Notes under the pieces: generated by a model | What the model saw: only the letters and a program-made list of their open reading frames with translations | What the model was told of the DNA's origin: nothing | Database searches by the model: none | NCBI GenBank assembly: GCA_964304625.1 | Contig: OZ199838.1 | Span: forward strand, 962,809-1,026,808 | Direction: 5' to 3' | Source: Kudoa neothunni | Lineage: Eukaryota > Animalia > Cnidaria | Length of the DNA stretch: 64,000 nt | Translations under genes and position numbers: made by a program | Shown here: piece by piece, positions 26,411 to 39,712 of the stretch | Layout: each line of letters opens with the position of its first letter | Position numbering within the stretch: the stretch's first letter is position 1

Positions 26411-27532
26411 TTTATAACACGCGGCTAAAAATATCTGACACTTCCGAAGACTTCGGTTCAAATTGACCCCAAGTTTTTATTTTACGATTATACTATAAAA
26501 AATATTTAAAAAGTAGAGAAATGATGTTTTATGAATTCTATAGACTCATTCTTTGGCAAAATGGTGATTAATATATCATTTAATCTGTGTTAATACCTTA
26601 TTAATAATTTCGGAGCCTGTTCGTAAATGATCGTACGAAAAATGATACTTTGCGTTCATTGTTTTAGTTGATAAGTTGAAGACTATATATTCCTAACGCA
26701 ACAAAAAGATTATATAAATTTATAAAAATTTGATTCGAATTATCTAATTATTTGTAAAATTCTTACATTTCTTCGATGAATGAACTGAGCAATAGTGTTG
26801 TTTGTTGCGATATGAGCATGTGGTTTGAGTTTTATATCAGTTACTCGAGGACAATATTCACATCGGCATCTTTTGGCTATTCGGAAACTGTTAGTCTGGA
26901 TCCCTTGATAGGGTGATTTTGTTTTGACAATTTTCCCTTTCTGTAGATTTCATCCTTGAGAGGTGGTTGATAGAGAACTTGAGCGATTTCCATTAAAAAT
27001 ATTTTAGTTTCGTCCTTTCTATCTATTAACTGATAGTGTAAATGTATTTTTTAAACTATTTTAAAGGGATTCTTCAACTCAAAATATTTGTGTAATCTGA
27101 TAAAAGCAGGGTTTTTCGCTAGATTAGGGGATAAAAAAACAAACTGAAAAAGTATTACGGTCCACGTGAAAATAAATAATAATTGTTATTTTCGGTTATG
27201 TATTAAATTATGATTTATAGAAAATGGAAAGAAAAATATTTTTCCCGAAAGAGAATCCAAATTATTATTTTAAACGATAAATTAGCTATTAAACATTCGA
27301 TTATATTTTACGATCATTCCCTAACAGATTACGAATAATTACGTAAAGATTTAACAGGATTGATTGTTATATTTCACATTGTTTTACTAAAAAACTAGTC
27401 GATAGAAATCGAAAATACCAGAAAGCTGAATAGGTAACAATTTTTAGAATTAATTTATCAAATAATAATCTGGGGTCAATTTGGCCCCAAAGGACCTCTG
27501 AAGATTGTTTTTTAACGACTTTAGAAGGTTAA
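26410..27532 (-). mobile_element. Internally deleted piggyBac retaining the C-terminal Cys-rich domain
   Basis: Inverted subterminal CAAATTGACCCC (26458) and GGGGTCAATTTG (27472); end AAGGTTAA (27525-27532). On -: IFLMEIAQVL and a frameshifted KRCRCEYCPRVTDIK...TTCSY...YCSVH. Confidence 0.65.
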
Positions 27533-27948
27533 TTTACATTCAACAATAAAGAGATGACAATCTTGTTCGTGTGCAGATGCATCAAACAACTTTCAAACCA
27601 TCTATATCTAAGACTTCCTTAAACACAATTTAAGAAGATAATAAAAAATTTTGTGAGGAATTCAGTATTTAAATGTATATAACTGAAATAATTTTATTTA
27701 TCATTTGTTGTATTTTAATATAAACTTTAAAAATTATATTGAAAAATTAATATATATGCATGACAATAATACATTGTATGACGAAAAATTTTCTACCAAC
27801 CATGTCTATGAATAATCGAAAATATTAATTAAAAAAATCAAAATAATCTCATTATTAAAAACGAATAAAAACATCACATATAAAGTATCATGATAAACAT
27901 AGATTGTTGTAAAAATAAGCAAAAATCAGACAACGAATGAGTCAGAAA

Positions 27949-30900
27949 TTAATTTTGATTGTCAAAAAAGTCTATTAGCCAACTCTATGGAATAAATAAA
28001 ACAATACGAAAATCATTTGGCTATCAACTACCTTGTAATTAGCTAAATCAGTATCAGTAAATTCACTGATATGACTGAGTCTGATTGATTCGCCTGCTAA
28101 ATATAAATTTATTTGTGAGAATAATTAAGGTAAGTAAAAATCGAAATTTATTATTACTTTCATCCAATGTAATCCATCTTCCATAATAATCCTAGAAATC
28201 AGGTTATATTCTAACACAAGATGAGAGTAAATAAAACTAGATTCCGTTACAGTAAGGAAGGAGAAGTTCTTAAGCTTTGAGTGAATAAGCTCCATATTGG
28301 TTTCCGAAATTGGAGTGAAATTTGAAACCACTTTATCACGTTCTAATTTGAGAATGCATACGATGATAAAATTGAGAGGCCCATTTGATGAATCTGTAAA
28401 GATTAATCCAAATAATATATCGACTAGTTAGATGTTTATATAAAATGGGGACCGACCATTGCTGAGTTGGCTTAAAATTTGATTTGAAGTCTTTAGAGAA
28501 TACATACACATATCTCCCAAAACTTGCACCCTAGAATAGCGAAAAATTTAAACTTCAACATATGATAATTGCACACCCACCCGCACGCTTTAATATAGGT
28601 GTCATTGGTTTTTAAAACGAAACGGCAGATACTATTCACAACTGAGAATAACATCGGTTTACCATTAACATCAGGAATATGGAAAATGTAGTTGAGCATG
28701 TAATAGAAGTCGATTTTAATGAGTTGAATGAAACACATTGTGGCATACTATTGTAGGTCCATGAGATACAAAAGAAACCTTTACCTCGAAACAATAATTT
28801 TATTACTTTAGCAGCAGTCTCATCACCAATAATGATCAATTTTGATAGATTCCTCATGATGGATTCCATTTCTGAGGTACTGGTAATTCTCGGAGCCTAA
28901 AAATGATATATCTGTATTTCTAATTAATTGGTCCAGAGGCAATCACTGTCAACATAATACTCTCTAGTAGCAGATTCAACACACTGACATCACTTGGGGG
29001 GAATTCTTTGCACGTGAACATGTTGTCGACCAAAAGTTTCAAGAGACGCACTGCAATAGTAACAACCTTTTCTCCGTTTTTAGCACGACTAAATGTAAAA
29101 AATACGAATTATAATCAATAGGACAGAAAAAAATAATTACATATTCACTGCTTTATCTGGATAATACCAAAGAAGCACAGCTATAAATTCGCCGACTTTC
29201 TAGGAGAAAGGATGAGAAAAGATTGCCGTCATAAGAATTACATCGAGAAAATATTTGTTGTCGAATGCATATATTTGCATCACTCTGTCGAAATATGCAG
29301 CCAAATAGTCGTTGTGGATATCTGTAGACGATACCAGACTGATGCATATATCACACAGTGACTAAAACACAATGAAATAATCCAACTTCGTCTGACCCTT
29401 CTCAAAATGTTAACCGCAAATCGAATTAAGATCTCACATTAAAAACTGAACAATATGCAACATTATAAGGTGTTTCTAGTTGTCTAAGTAGTGAATTGTT
29501 CCAAACGATAACATTCTACAACATAACCTCAATCACTCCCTTAATACACAATACGCAACCAACCCCATAAGAATCTTCAACATCACACAAATAAATTATA
29601 ATTTCACAACATTTATTAACAACATCAATTCCTAAAAACAGTATAACACATAAAATTCATATCAATTTTATAATAGGTAATAAACTTTTATAAAATTTCC
29701 AAACGGTTAAAAACAGCATTGGCAGTAGTCGGGAGTATGGTAATTCGATATACATCTGTGGAAATATAATTAAATATAAATTCCAACCAACTTCTAACTA
29801 TCTACTTGCAATAAATAATACAATGCATCAATCGAATGAAGAATGTGTTTATTGAAGGGTAGGTGGAACGTTCGATTATATCAATAAGGAGGCATGAGAA
29901 TTCATGAACAATATAGTTAGGAGGTTCGATCAAACTAAAAATAAGTAAAAAATTGATTTTAAATCTCATGAATAAAGTTCTATTACGATTTTATGCACCG
30001 GGCTGCAACAGCGTTGTTTATAGTTGGACTTCGTAGCCAATGCGAAAGGAGATCAAATCTCTAAAAGCATATATTTTAGAGTATTTTGTGTTAGAATTAC
30101 GTTGAATGAGCTGATGAATTTACATCGGGATAAATAATTTGTTTCAAACAAAGACAGTAGCTAATCAAATTACAACATACCCCCAAATGATCTATTGAAT
30201 AATCAAAAAATTGTATGCGCAAAATGATTCATTATCACTTCTGACGCATTGAATGTTGATCTTGTTTAGGGATAAACACAATGAACGATATAGCTTTCCA
30301 AGATCACGAATAAATGCAGGATTGCAGTCAGGGTTGTGAACTCCAGACGCAATTAGTGTTAGGTGAAAGTAATAGTTTTCCAAATACTGAATCCTAAATT
30401 CAAAGGTTATGAAATATAGTTAAAGTTTTTTCGGTCATACGCATTATTGACGCCATCCAGATTTTCTATCAATGCAGACAAAAGAGAGTGAAGGCGTTCA
30501 ATGAAATTGTAAAAGTCGAACACACAAATAATCTCCACGATAAACTGAAAGGGAGGAAAAATTAAGGAAATTATTTATAAGGTAAAACAACCCGTACTGA
30601 ATATATCACGAAAATTAGATCCCTGGTTTTAAATCCATTGTTCTCGATAAAAGTTGACATTTCCGAGACCCAATTGTCAAAAATATCAGTGTATAAATTA
30701 GGTGTTGAGGATTCTGAGGGGATTATGGCATCAACTGTTTTGCGATCTAGAGGTTGGCCTTGTTTTTGGTTGGAATCACGGGGATTTGTATTAGGAAAAT
30801 TCACTTCCAACTCTCCCAAGTTGTACAAAGTGAATACACTCAAGATTTGATTTCCATTCGCAATATGACTGTCAAGTATTTCTTCGAAACTATCATTTGT

Positions 30901-31001
30901 GACGATACCATCTTGCGAGAACTATCTCAAAATAATTCTATTAGCTAATTTCGAATTTTAGAGGCTACTCTCAATTATATTACTATCATTAATGCGCACA
31001 T
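27949..31001 (-). CDS. Importin-9-like karyopherin, C-terminal half (copy 1), multi-exon; separate gene or 3' part of one gene
   Basis: Spliced MESIMRNLSKL...CFIQLIKIDFYYMLNYIFHIPDVNGKPMLFSVVNSI aligns with human IPO9 LDQILRAILSKM...[49 protein letters not shown] aligns with YEGKVSSVALCKL. The end DLANYKSWLIDFFDNQN* resembles DLQAYLTDFL. The start ATG (31001 or 30989) is inferred from a phase-0 micro-exon. Confidence 0.65.
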
Positions 31002-31019
31002 ATTATAATGGTTTCACTC

Positions 31020-31044
31020 GAGTTATTTTATGACAGAAAATTAA
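31020..31044 (-). promoter_or_regulatory. Conserved 25-nt element upstream of the importin-9 C-half ATG (copy 1)
   Basis: TTAATTTTCTGTCATAAAATAACTC on -, identical at 57100-57124 although the surrounding sequence is diverged. Confidence 0.5.
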
Positions 31045-31797
31045 TTGACTGCCACAGAGTTATAATTACATTATGTTTTTCCCGTTTTCTTAACAAAAAT
31101 TTCTGATTTAAATTTAAATCGACGTTTATTTTTAATCCTTCAGTACACAATAGTCCAATTTGCAAAAGATTTGATGAAACACATATAAAACTCTAAAATT
31201 TGTTAATTAAATATTTAATATATCGTTAATATATTAGATTAATGGCACAACAGAACGAGTTGATAGCTGTTTCGTCCTATCTGCCATCAAAATATGTTTT
31301 TGTTTTGAGAAGTTACGTTCAAACTGCAATCGACGAGAAAACTTGGTGTCAAATCTGAGCAATGTTTAAAAGTATGGGATACTTCGAATATATTCGTCTT
31401 TTGATACAGTTACAAAAGATATCAGCTTATATATGTGTTTATTATATTTAATTTGCTTGTTAACTCTATTCGGTTACAATATTTACAAACTAGTTTTTCA
31501 TCTGTGTTCTCCAAATCATTCCGTTCAATGAATAATCTGTTAATATTCCTATGTTATACCCATTTCAATGAAAAATCCGCTGGTAAACGTACCCGAAGAA
31601 CCGGCGGAACAAAAAACATTGAAATTAATCGAAAACGACCTGGCCTAATTATAATGTATAACATTAAAGCCTTAAAAGGTCCAAACATATCAATAACTCT
31701 TTTATTTATTAATTTATTGACACATTATTTTATTTTTTAAAATTTATAATCATATATGGTGTTTTCTCATAAAAACAGACTTTAAAATTTAATATAT

Positions 31798-33785
31798 TTA
31801 AAGGTGAGAATAGCCGCCCTGTTTATAAATCACGTTCTCGGTTTCATCGAAAATCGCCTATTCAAAATTATTTTAACGAAACAATTTTATAATCATATAC
31901 TATCGTTATAACAACAAATTTTTATAAAGTTAATGATATATATATGATTTAAATAAATAATATAAAAGATTAACTATTCGTAATCTAAATTAAATTTACA
32001 GTTTTTAGTCCAAAATCAAAATATATTCACATAGAAAAATATTTTACTCATATTAAGAGCTTCTTTCTTTATATTTAATAGAATAAATCTTCTTCATAGT
32101 TAAGCTTACGTCTGATGAAACGAGATATTTGGAGGGAGAATTCTCTCAATTAAAAAAATGCCAACTTACATCATTATATGCGGAAAGGTAGTAGACCGAC
32201 TTGACAATTGTTTCGAAATTTTCTTCAATACACTTACTTAAGGATCCCCATTGAAATATTCGTATCAAACAAAACAATGCGATTCCTGAAAGGTCTTTTA
32301 TCAACCTGTATGGTGCTAAAACATATATGAAACATTTGGGAAGATTGAAATGCCTATGGGAGGAATACCTGATTGAATTTTGTAAGTAATATACGTGGAA
32401 TTGTAAGAAGAAATATACAACGTTAGATTTAACAGATCGTTAACCCACTTCTCCTTTTCGAGGTCAATGATGTAAGGATATTGTATTATTATCAAATACA
32501 CAACCTATACAATAATAGAAATAATTTTGATAATTTATTTTTAACAAAATGACAAATACACGGACTATAACCAGAACAATATCAAAGTTTTCACCAAATA
32601 AATTAATTTCATAAATCAAATGATTGAGACGATCCACAAAGTTTGATATAAACACATAAAGGTCAGAGTTTGGATTAAACTATTTTAGGTGAGTAAATAG
32701 CAAAATCGAACTGATTACCTTCACATCATTTGTGGTGTATTTGTTTATTTTTAGCAGCAAAATTTCCATCAAAACTAGCAGCAGTTTCACCAGTTCATTA
32801 GAGTTAATACATTTCTAATTAATCTACATAGAAAATATATTCACCCAGATTAACGTTTACATTTTTTAGGTTTAATTCATTATAAAACACGTTGTTCATC
32901 GTGTGTAAACATTCCAAATAAAATTTGATATATTGATCGCCCTCCGTGTAACTAACCAATTCTAAAATATTTTAAATAATATATCTGTTATAAATATATT
33001 TCATTCTGAAGAAAATAATTCATCCAAAAAATATACTTAGAAGTAATACAACTATTTTCGTAAGTCTTTCTCTGTTAAAATTAGTGGTGAGAATTTGATG
33101 TACAATGGGAAGCAAATTCAGATAATCGTCAGGTTTGTATTTTGATGTAACCAATCTCATAAATATTTCCGACTATTATTGATAACATTCAGCTCAACAA
33201 ATTAAAACTCTGGGGTTACCAGTATGGAATATATTGTGGGGGATTTCACAATTAAATAAAGTTTATATGTATTGTTTGCAATCTCAAGTTTAGAAACCTA
33301 CAGTTATTAGTATTGGGAACGTTAGAATATTGATTTATAAGTATTTTTGTGTGCATTACCTTTTGGCTAGATGCATTGAGATCAAATTTCAGGTTCTCTA
33401 CAAATGTTGGATCATCGCAACTTCGAATTACCAATTCTTCCAGGTACCGTACTGAAATCTAATAAATTTAAATGTGGGTTACAAAAATAGCGTTTTATTG
33501 AAGAATATTCCATTCCACAATAAAAATTTCAACTACCAACGCAAGATTAAAACAGTCGTGGTAATCTAACAGATTTTTTATCAGCGTGATGTAATATTCT
33601 AATCAAATGGACAAAGTTAAAATCCCTAATTTCATTATCGTCTATTATATAAATTTACCGTCCGAGTTTTTAATAGTTTCATATTTTTCTTCTGACGCCT
33701 CTCTTTCTCTTACATCAGCGGAATTCATAGACCTCAAAACTTTATTGGTAATTTCCATGACTTCTTCGATCTCAATGCCCCCCAT
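31798..33785 (-). CDS. Importin-9-like karyopherin, N-terminal half (copy 1), multi-exon
   Basis: KVLRSMNSADVREREASEEKYETIKNSDEYYITL aligns with IPO9 [60 protein letters not shown] aligns with [26 protein letters not shown]. The last exon reads AIFDETENVIYKQGGYSHL*. Confidence 0.6.
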
Positions 33786-34869
33786 ACTTAATATTTGAAT
33801 AATGGGTTATCGAAGTAAAGAACGATTGCGCTAAATCAAAATTTTTAATTAAAAATAACAATAATTAGAATTTCAAATAATGATTTAATTGAATAATGGT
33901 ATCTGTTTGTATTGGTTACCAAGTAGAATTCCTAGGCTTCCGTGTCGTGCGAGACAAAATTTGTAATAGTATTGTATATATATATATATTTAAAATCATG
34001 GATATAATAATAAAATATTTATTATATATTGAATGAAACAATGTTGAAAAATTTAACCTAATTAATAGTTCTTATGATATAGATTATTTCTATTCTAATA
34101 ACAATAAATTATATCTAATATTTAATTTGGGAAGACATTTTTTATCACACAGGAACTGAATTAGAGAATTAACACTGATACGAATCAAAAAATGATAGTT
34201 AATTGTTACCGTAGTTCCCATTAAAAACTATTTAACAGCGATGTCAACCAACCTCGATTGTACGTCCGGAAAATCAAGAATTCTTTGAAAACGTCAAAAT
34301 TATATGTAAACTTATATTACATAAATTTATTGTTAACTTGGAATTTCAAAGTTGTGACCCCACATAGTCGATGAGCTTAAAATTCTCGCGATAGAGTAAG
34401 AGCATCTAGAGTAGAGCGCAGCATTCTTATGCAACCGTTGAATTGCAAAAAATCATTCTAAAGGCTTGTTCTTACAATAAAATATATAAATTAAATAAAA
34501 ATTTTCCTTTTTTTAATTTTTCTCTAGTTTATACATCCGATAATTTAAGTTTTTGTAGTATATTACGTTAGATCCCCATTACCAACGAACGGATGAATTA
34601 TACCACCTTCGGACTGCTGCCATATCGTTATGCTGTACATAATTAAAATATGATTTACGCATTATGATTCATCGATTGTTTGTTCCATACAACTTCCAAA
34701 AGGATTCTGATAATTAAATCTCGTATTATTGATTTTTATAGATCGTTCTGAAAAAAAGTTTTCATTATAACGCTTATAAAATGCTGAAAAAAGAAAATGC
34801 TTCTTTAGCAAATTCATCAAGCAAATGCTACATACTAATAAACAATATAATTTTAATGTCTTTATTAAA

Positions 34870-35068
34870 CACTAGTGCGAACTGACCTGCTTTTCTTTGG
34901 AAATATGTTGTATTGAGAAGCTTTTTAAAACATTTGGAAATTATATTAATGTTTAAAATTAGCCTATAGAAGGAATCAAACAATATATTTTAAACATCAT
35001 ATTTAAACGACTATGATTAGCCAAATTAAAATTATGATCATTTCTGGGCGAAGCGTACCGACCCTAGT
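34870..35068 (+). mobile_element. Short Helitron-like non-autonomous element
   Basis: Starts ACTAGTGCGAACTGACC and ends GGGCGAAGCGTACCGACCCTAGT (GC-rich motif then CTAG). A related start occurs near 22105. Confidence 0.35.
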
Positions 35069-37249
35069 CATATATTAACAATTAAGTTACCCTCAACTAA
35101 AATTAAATAATTTATCATAAATTTCATATGTTTTTGCATTCCAAACTATCTAAATCCTTTAAATGTGATATCTAAAACGTTATTTATTGGCTCCTGGAAT
35201 TTTTCAAAGTCGATTTGTGACCTTACGTAAAAAGCATGTTAAACGCCGTTTAATAGAAGTTAAAAATAGAAAAAGATATAGGAAAGGAGATAATCTACGG
35301 AAATTAATTTTTGTTGCTCAAATTAGTAATCATAAGCCAAGCATAATTATAGTGCGCCATTTATCACAAACGGCCACAAATTGTTTCAATATACAAAAAA
35401 TAATAAAAATAATTGGATTAAATCAAAATACAACTATATTCATTAATATTAATCACTGAAAGTTCAACTTTGCGGATTATTTCTATGAAATCTACTGACA
35501 CAGTGCTTGTATTATAAAGCTTCAAGCTATCTGATTATAGCATACATTACCAGTTCGCCATTAATGAAGCAAATGTAGAGTTATCTCCTATTTAAAACCA
35601 TTAATAGAATTTCCAGGATGTTTATCAAGTAAAATATTTTAAAACTGTTGTAGAGGCTTTTATATTTCTGCGCTTTAAGGTAGATACAATTTAATTGTAG
35701 CCGTCGTGTATATTATACAGTTAGTATTAATAGTCGTAATATCGTAATGATTTGATGTAATTCCCTTCACAGTATATAATGAGGGTTAATGGATATAAGT
35801 GATGTGACAAATTCCCGACATAATTGATTTTTTCGTGCACACATTATAAATTATAATTTTCCCGCCAAAATGTATATACAATGATGGTAAAAATGCGGAA
35901 TAGTGACCGCAATCCAAATCAACAACAACGTACAAAACTGAACCTGTTGAATATTTTAATAATGAGTATTGATCAGTATTGCGCCATTTGTCATCAGAAT
36001 AGCATTTGCAGTAATATATTAATGCAGAGAACTCCTTGTGCCTCGCGATTTTTTCGACAGGCTATACCATCAATTAAATTAGCTCGGGTAAAGCATGCTT
36101 TGCGTTGTATAATTTAAGTCGGACAACTCTAATTTTGTTGGATCGTCTATTGTTAAATTTGTCTATAAGAAAAAAAAGTCGTATTTTATACAGGCATCAG
36201 GTTTTCAGTTGTAGCATATGCATAACCATAATATCAAAAATAATATATTGAAAGAAGATAAGTCATTCCAGACAAAAATTAAAGCATAAATATAACGCTA
36301 ATCTGGGTTTAAAAATATAGGATTAATATTCAAACTAATTATAATTTATAATCTGAAAATTCGGCAACTATTCTGCATTTTAACCACAAATATAGATAAC
36401 ATCGTTTAATGAACATTTGTTAGAGCATATAAAAGGAAATTCTAACTTTAACTGAACATCACCATGACATAAGTACCAATATATCCTTTTGATGATATCC
36501 TGTAATCCGTTTAACCATCTTTAAATCGGAAAAATCGCTATATTTCTAAATAATTTTAGGAACATATAATGGTATAAAATAATTAAAGGATTTAATAAAA
36601 ATTAAGAGACATTAACAGAATTTTTCTTTTAAATCCATTGATACGGAGAATTTAAATCATTTTATGTTCACCTTTTTTAAAAAACGATACATTTGTATAA
36701 GATCAGTTACTGAATATTATAATGAAGTCATTATTTTAATATTTTAGAGTTTTTCCATTTATCCCAACAGAGTGACTCCCAAAATAATGCTGGATGACAA
36801 GTTATATCATTTGTTTTAAAAAAAAATTTAGAATAATCTGTAAAACAGTTTGATAGTTGCTATACTTGTTTTATTATTTTTTATTAAATATAATCATACA
36901 TAATTTTTTTCAAAAGGTAATTTATAGATTAAACTAAAAACTTTGAAAATCAGAAAATATTAAATTTTGTCGTGTTTGAATTATCAAACAATTTGAGCGA
37001 TAAAATTTTATCCATTGAATAAAAACAAAAAAAATTTATAAACTAAAAACCTTATTTTGACACAATAAATAATGATCCAATTTATATTCTATAAGTTGGA
37101 TATGAATTAATTGATTTGTTCTGTTTGTAAAATATAATACCACTCTATAGTGTGTTTAATTCATCAGTTGGTAAAATAATTTTGGTGAAAAATATTATAA
37201 AAGATTTCAGACAACGAATGTGATAAAATATCTGAAGAATAAGGAAATT

Positions 37250-37570
37250 CGCAAGTTTTTGTTTACGGAAGAGAGACTACACGCGGGAATGCTTTTGCTC
37301 GAAGTGGGATTTAGTGAAAATTTAGAAGTCATTTCTGAGGCTGAGTATATGTGATCCATATTTATATATTTTATTAAAAAGAATTACGAAAAAATATTCT
37401 CAAGGGTACATTATTTAGATGTCTCAGGCGTTATAATCACTAAATACGATATTGGATGATAAGACACCTTCGGTGTGTTAATATTGCATATAACATCTAC
37501 CCGATTATATGTCGAGCTCTAAAATGATAAAACTAATCTGAAAGGAATCATGGAACCAATTCAACCTATA
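37250..37570 (+). mobile_element. Possible Merlin/ISXO2-like transposase remnant
   Basis: Broken motifs KRDYTR and KNILKGTLF loosely match ISXO2 KRKYNRGR and ILPGTIIYSD. Very degraded. Confidence 0.3.
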
Positions 37571-38014
37571 CGTGACTGTCCGATGTTCGTCTACAAAAAG
37601 CTAATTTACACATTTCTACAGTAAAATCTCAATAGTGCCCAATTTGGTATTTGGTAATTCGTTATATTTTACCATATTTTGTGATAATTGTATCTTAATA
37701 TGAAATAATATGAAATGATATAATAATTTATAATATTAGGAACCTATTTTTTTTGATTTAATTTTTACATAAGATATAAGAATGTGAAAAATTAATGATT
37801 CCGCTATTATGTATCTCAAATTGTGTCACATTAATCCCCTTAATCTTCAAACTGTTTCGCATTAAATACCAAGAATGACTCACCCCAAGGAAGTATTGAA
37901 GGTGAAATCAAAATAACCGAACATTATAAATTACGGTGAATAGTTACAGGATGGGTTCGAAATTTAGATTAAGGACGTCGGTGACACTCCGCTTAGATGC
38001 TGATAGCATATACA

Positions 38015-39068
38015 TAATCGAATCCGGTTTATCCGAAAATATTTGGATTTGGTATTTTCGTTTCGAGACTGAAATTTCGGTTAAACGAAATTCTAAGAAT
38101 GAGCATGTACGGAGGGGGAAAATTGTAGGTTGGTTACATACTTTATTTTTCATTATTCAATGTTTGTTTTACATTATTAAAGAAAACTCTACTATATATA
38201 AATTATACTAGTGAATACAAGTGTTATAACATTAGTTTAAGGAAGAGTAGTTCTAGATCCAATGTAATCGACGCACACATACCACCAATACGTGCGACCT
38301 TAACGCCGTTCCGCCATATTAGAATGATACATTGTAGGTTCAAAAAAGCTATTTTTATTGATTTTTTTATAATTTTTTTATCTATTTGGAATATTGTGAG
38401 TGGTATTAATAATGAATTGTAAGAATAATTAAAGTAACAATGAGAATATTTTCCCCGAATTCTCCATAACGATATTTAAAATTTCCTCTTTAGTTTATGA
38501 TATAGCCTTATTCTAACAATTTAATTTTGATTGTTACGACTCAATAAGACTTAAAAGTGAAGGTGTTAGGGGAAAAAAACTGATGTGTGAACATTGTTGA
38601 ATTGGGTTAACTCCATGGATAAATTGGTCTTATGAAGTCACTACTAGTTTATGATTAAACAATCCAATAAATTCCATTTTTTTTATTTTATTACTCATGA
38701 ATAGATAAAAGGGAATCTGTCTTTACTCAACATTTTTTCTGTTCTTTATCAAAATGGTTGTATTTTGAACATAAAATACTATATTATTTACGTTATTTTG
38801 CTTCTATTAATCAAACATAAACTTAAAATGAAAAAATAACGAACATAGGCGCCATAAAAGTAAATGTAGATGTCATTTTAACCAGATATTAATCTGGTTT
38901 TCAAGACACTTTTACCTGAAAATTCCAGCCAGAAGTTGTTCTTGATCGAGATTGCTGAAATTTTCAGTTAAAACGAAATTTTTTTATTTAGAATCTACAT
39001 CATTTTAAAATAAATTTTTAAAAAAATGGTTCGGATAGCGCGATTTTCGGATAAACGGGGTTAGACTG
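38015..39068. mobile_element. pogo/Tigger-like MITE (copied at about 43949-45001)
   Basis: Left TAATCGAATCCGGTTTATCCGAAAAT versus reverse complement of the right end CAGTCTAACCCCGTTTATCCGAAAAT; TA-flanked on the right. Confidence 0.6.
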
Positions 39069-39712
39069 TATTTAATTTAGTTACAATTCATATAACCAAT
39101 CATTATATCAAATATTTAAAAACTCTGAGAGGAATCATACAATTAACGAGAATTGTTGAAAAAAATGATTATTTGTATCGTATACGCATATACGTGTCTT
39201 GGTATTGCGTAACTTTTCCTTATTCCTAAAAATTTGACGAAATATCGAGAGTTTGGTGGGAATTAAGTCATAATTATTTTGTTTGTCATTAGTAAAACAT
39301 CGACGGTATTTTATGTTTAGTTAATTGCAGTTTTAATCGTTTCTATTTTCTTCAAGTCTAAATATTCCATTTTTTATCTAATGAAATTGATTAAAACCAA
39401 ATTTTTATTTGTACAACTGGTTAGAAATAGAAAGAATTAGAGGTGGTTACCGTTTACTTCGTAATTAATTTTAACTTCACATGGACAAGAATACATTACT
39501 TCTCATTCTAATCCGATTAAATGAATAAAAACTCTTTTATTGGCAAAAAAAATAATGATAAAAATATTTACAATATTATTAATTTTGTCGTCAAAAAGTA
39601 TATGTGTAAAATAAAAAACAACAAAATATAATAAATAAGAAAATATAAATTTAATTGTCTATAAGCTAATTAATGATTATATGATATCTCTAATGTTTAA
39701 TTTTCTTATGAG

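Noticed and set aside
27936-27946. ATGAGTCA just past the stops of both importin C-halves and near the SCYL 3' end
   Set aside because: Two instances are paralogous and the word also occurs away from genes (about 47996); too few independent cases.
30180-30200. In-frame TAG at the same position in both importin copies, suggesting readthrough or a variant genetic code
   Set aside because: It is the 3' splice acceptor of a short GT-AG intron; TAG is a normal stop in HUS1 and TCTP.
37936-38211. ORF duplicated at 43870-44115 as a possible conserved gene
   Set aside because: The identity comes from the recent tandem duplication; the ORF overlaps a MITE end, differs by a frameshift between copies and has no recognisable motif.
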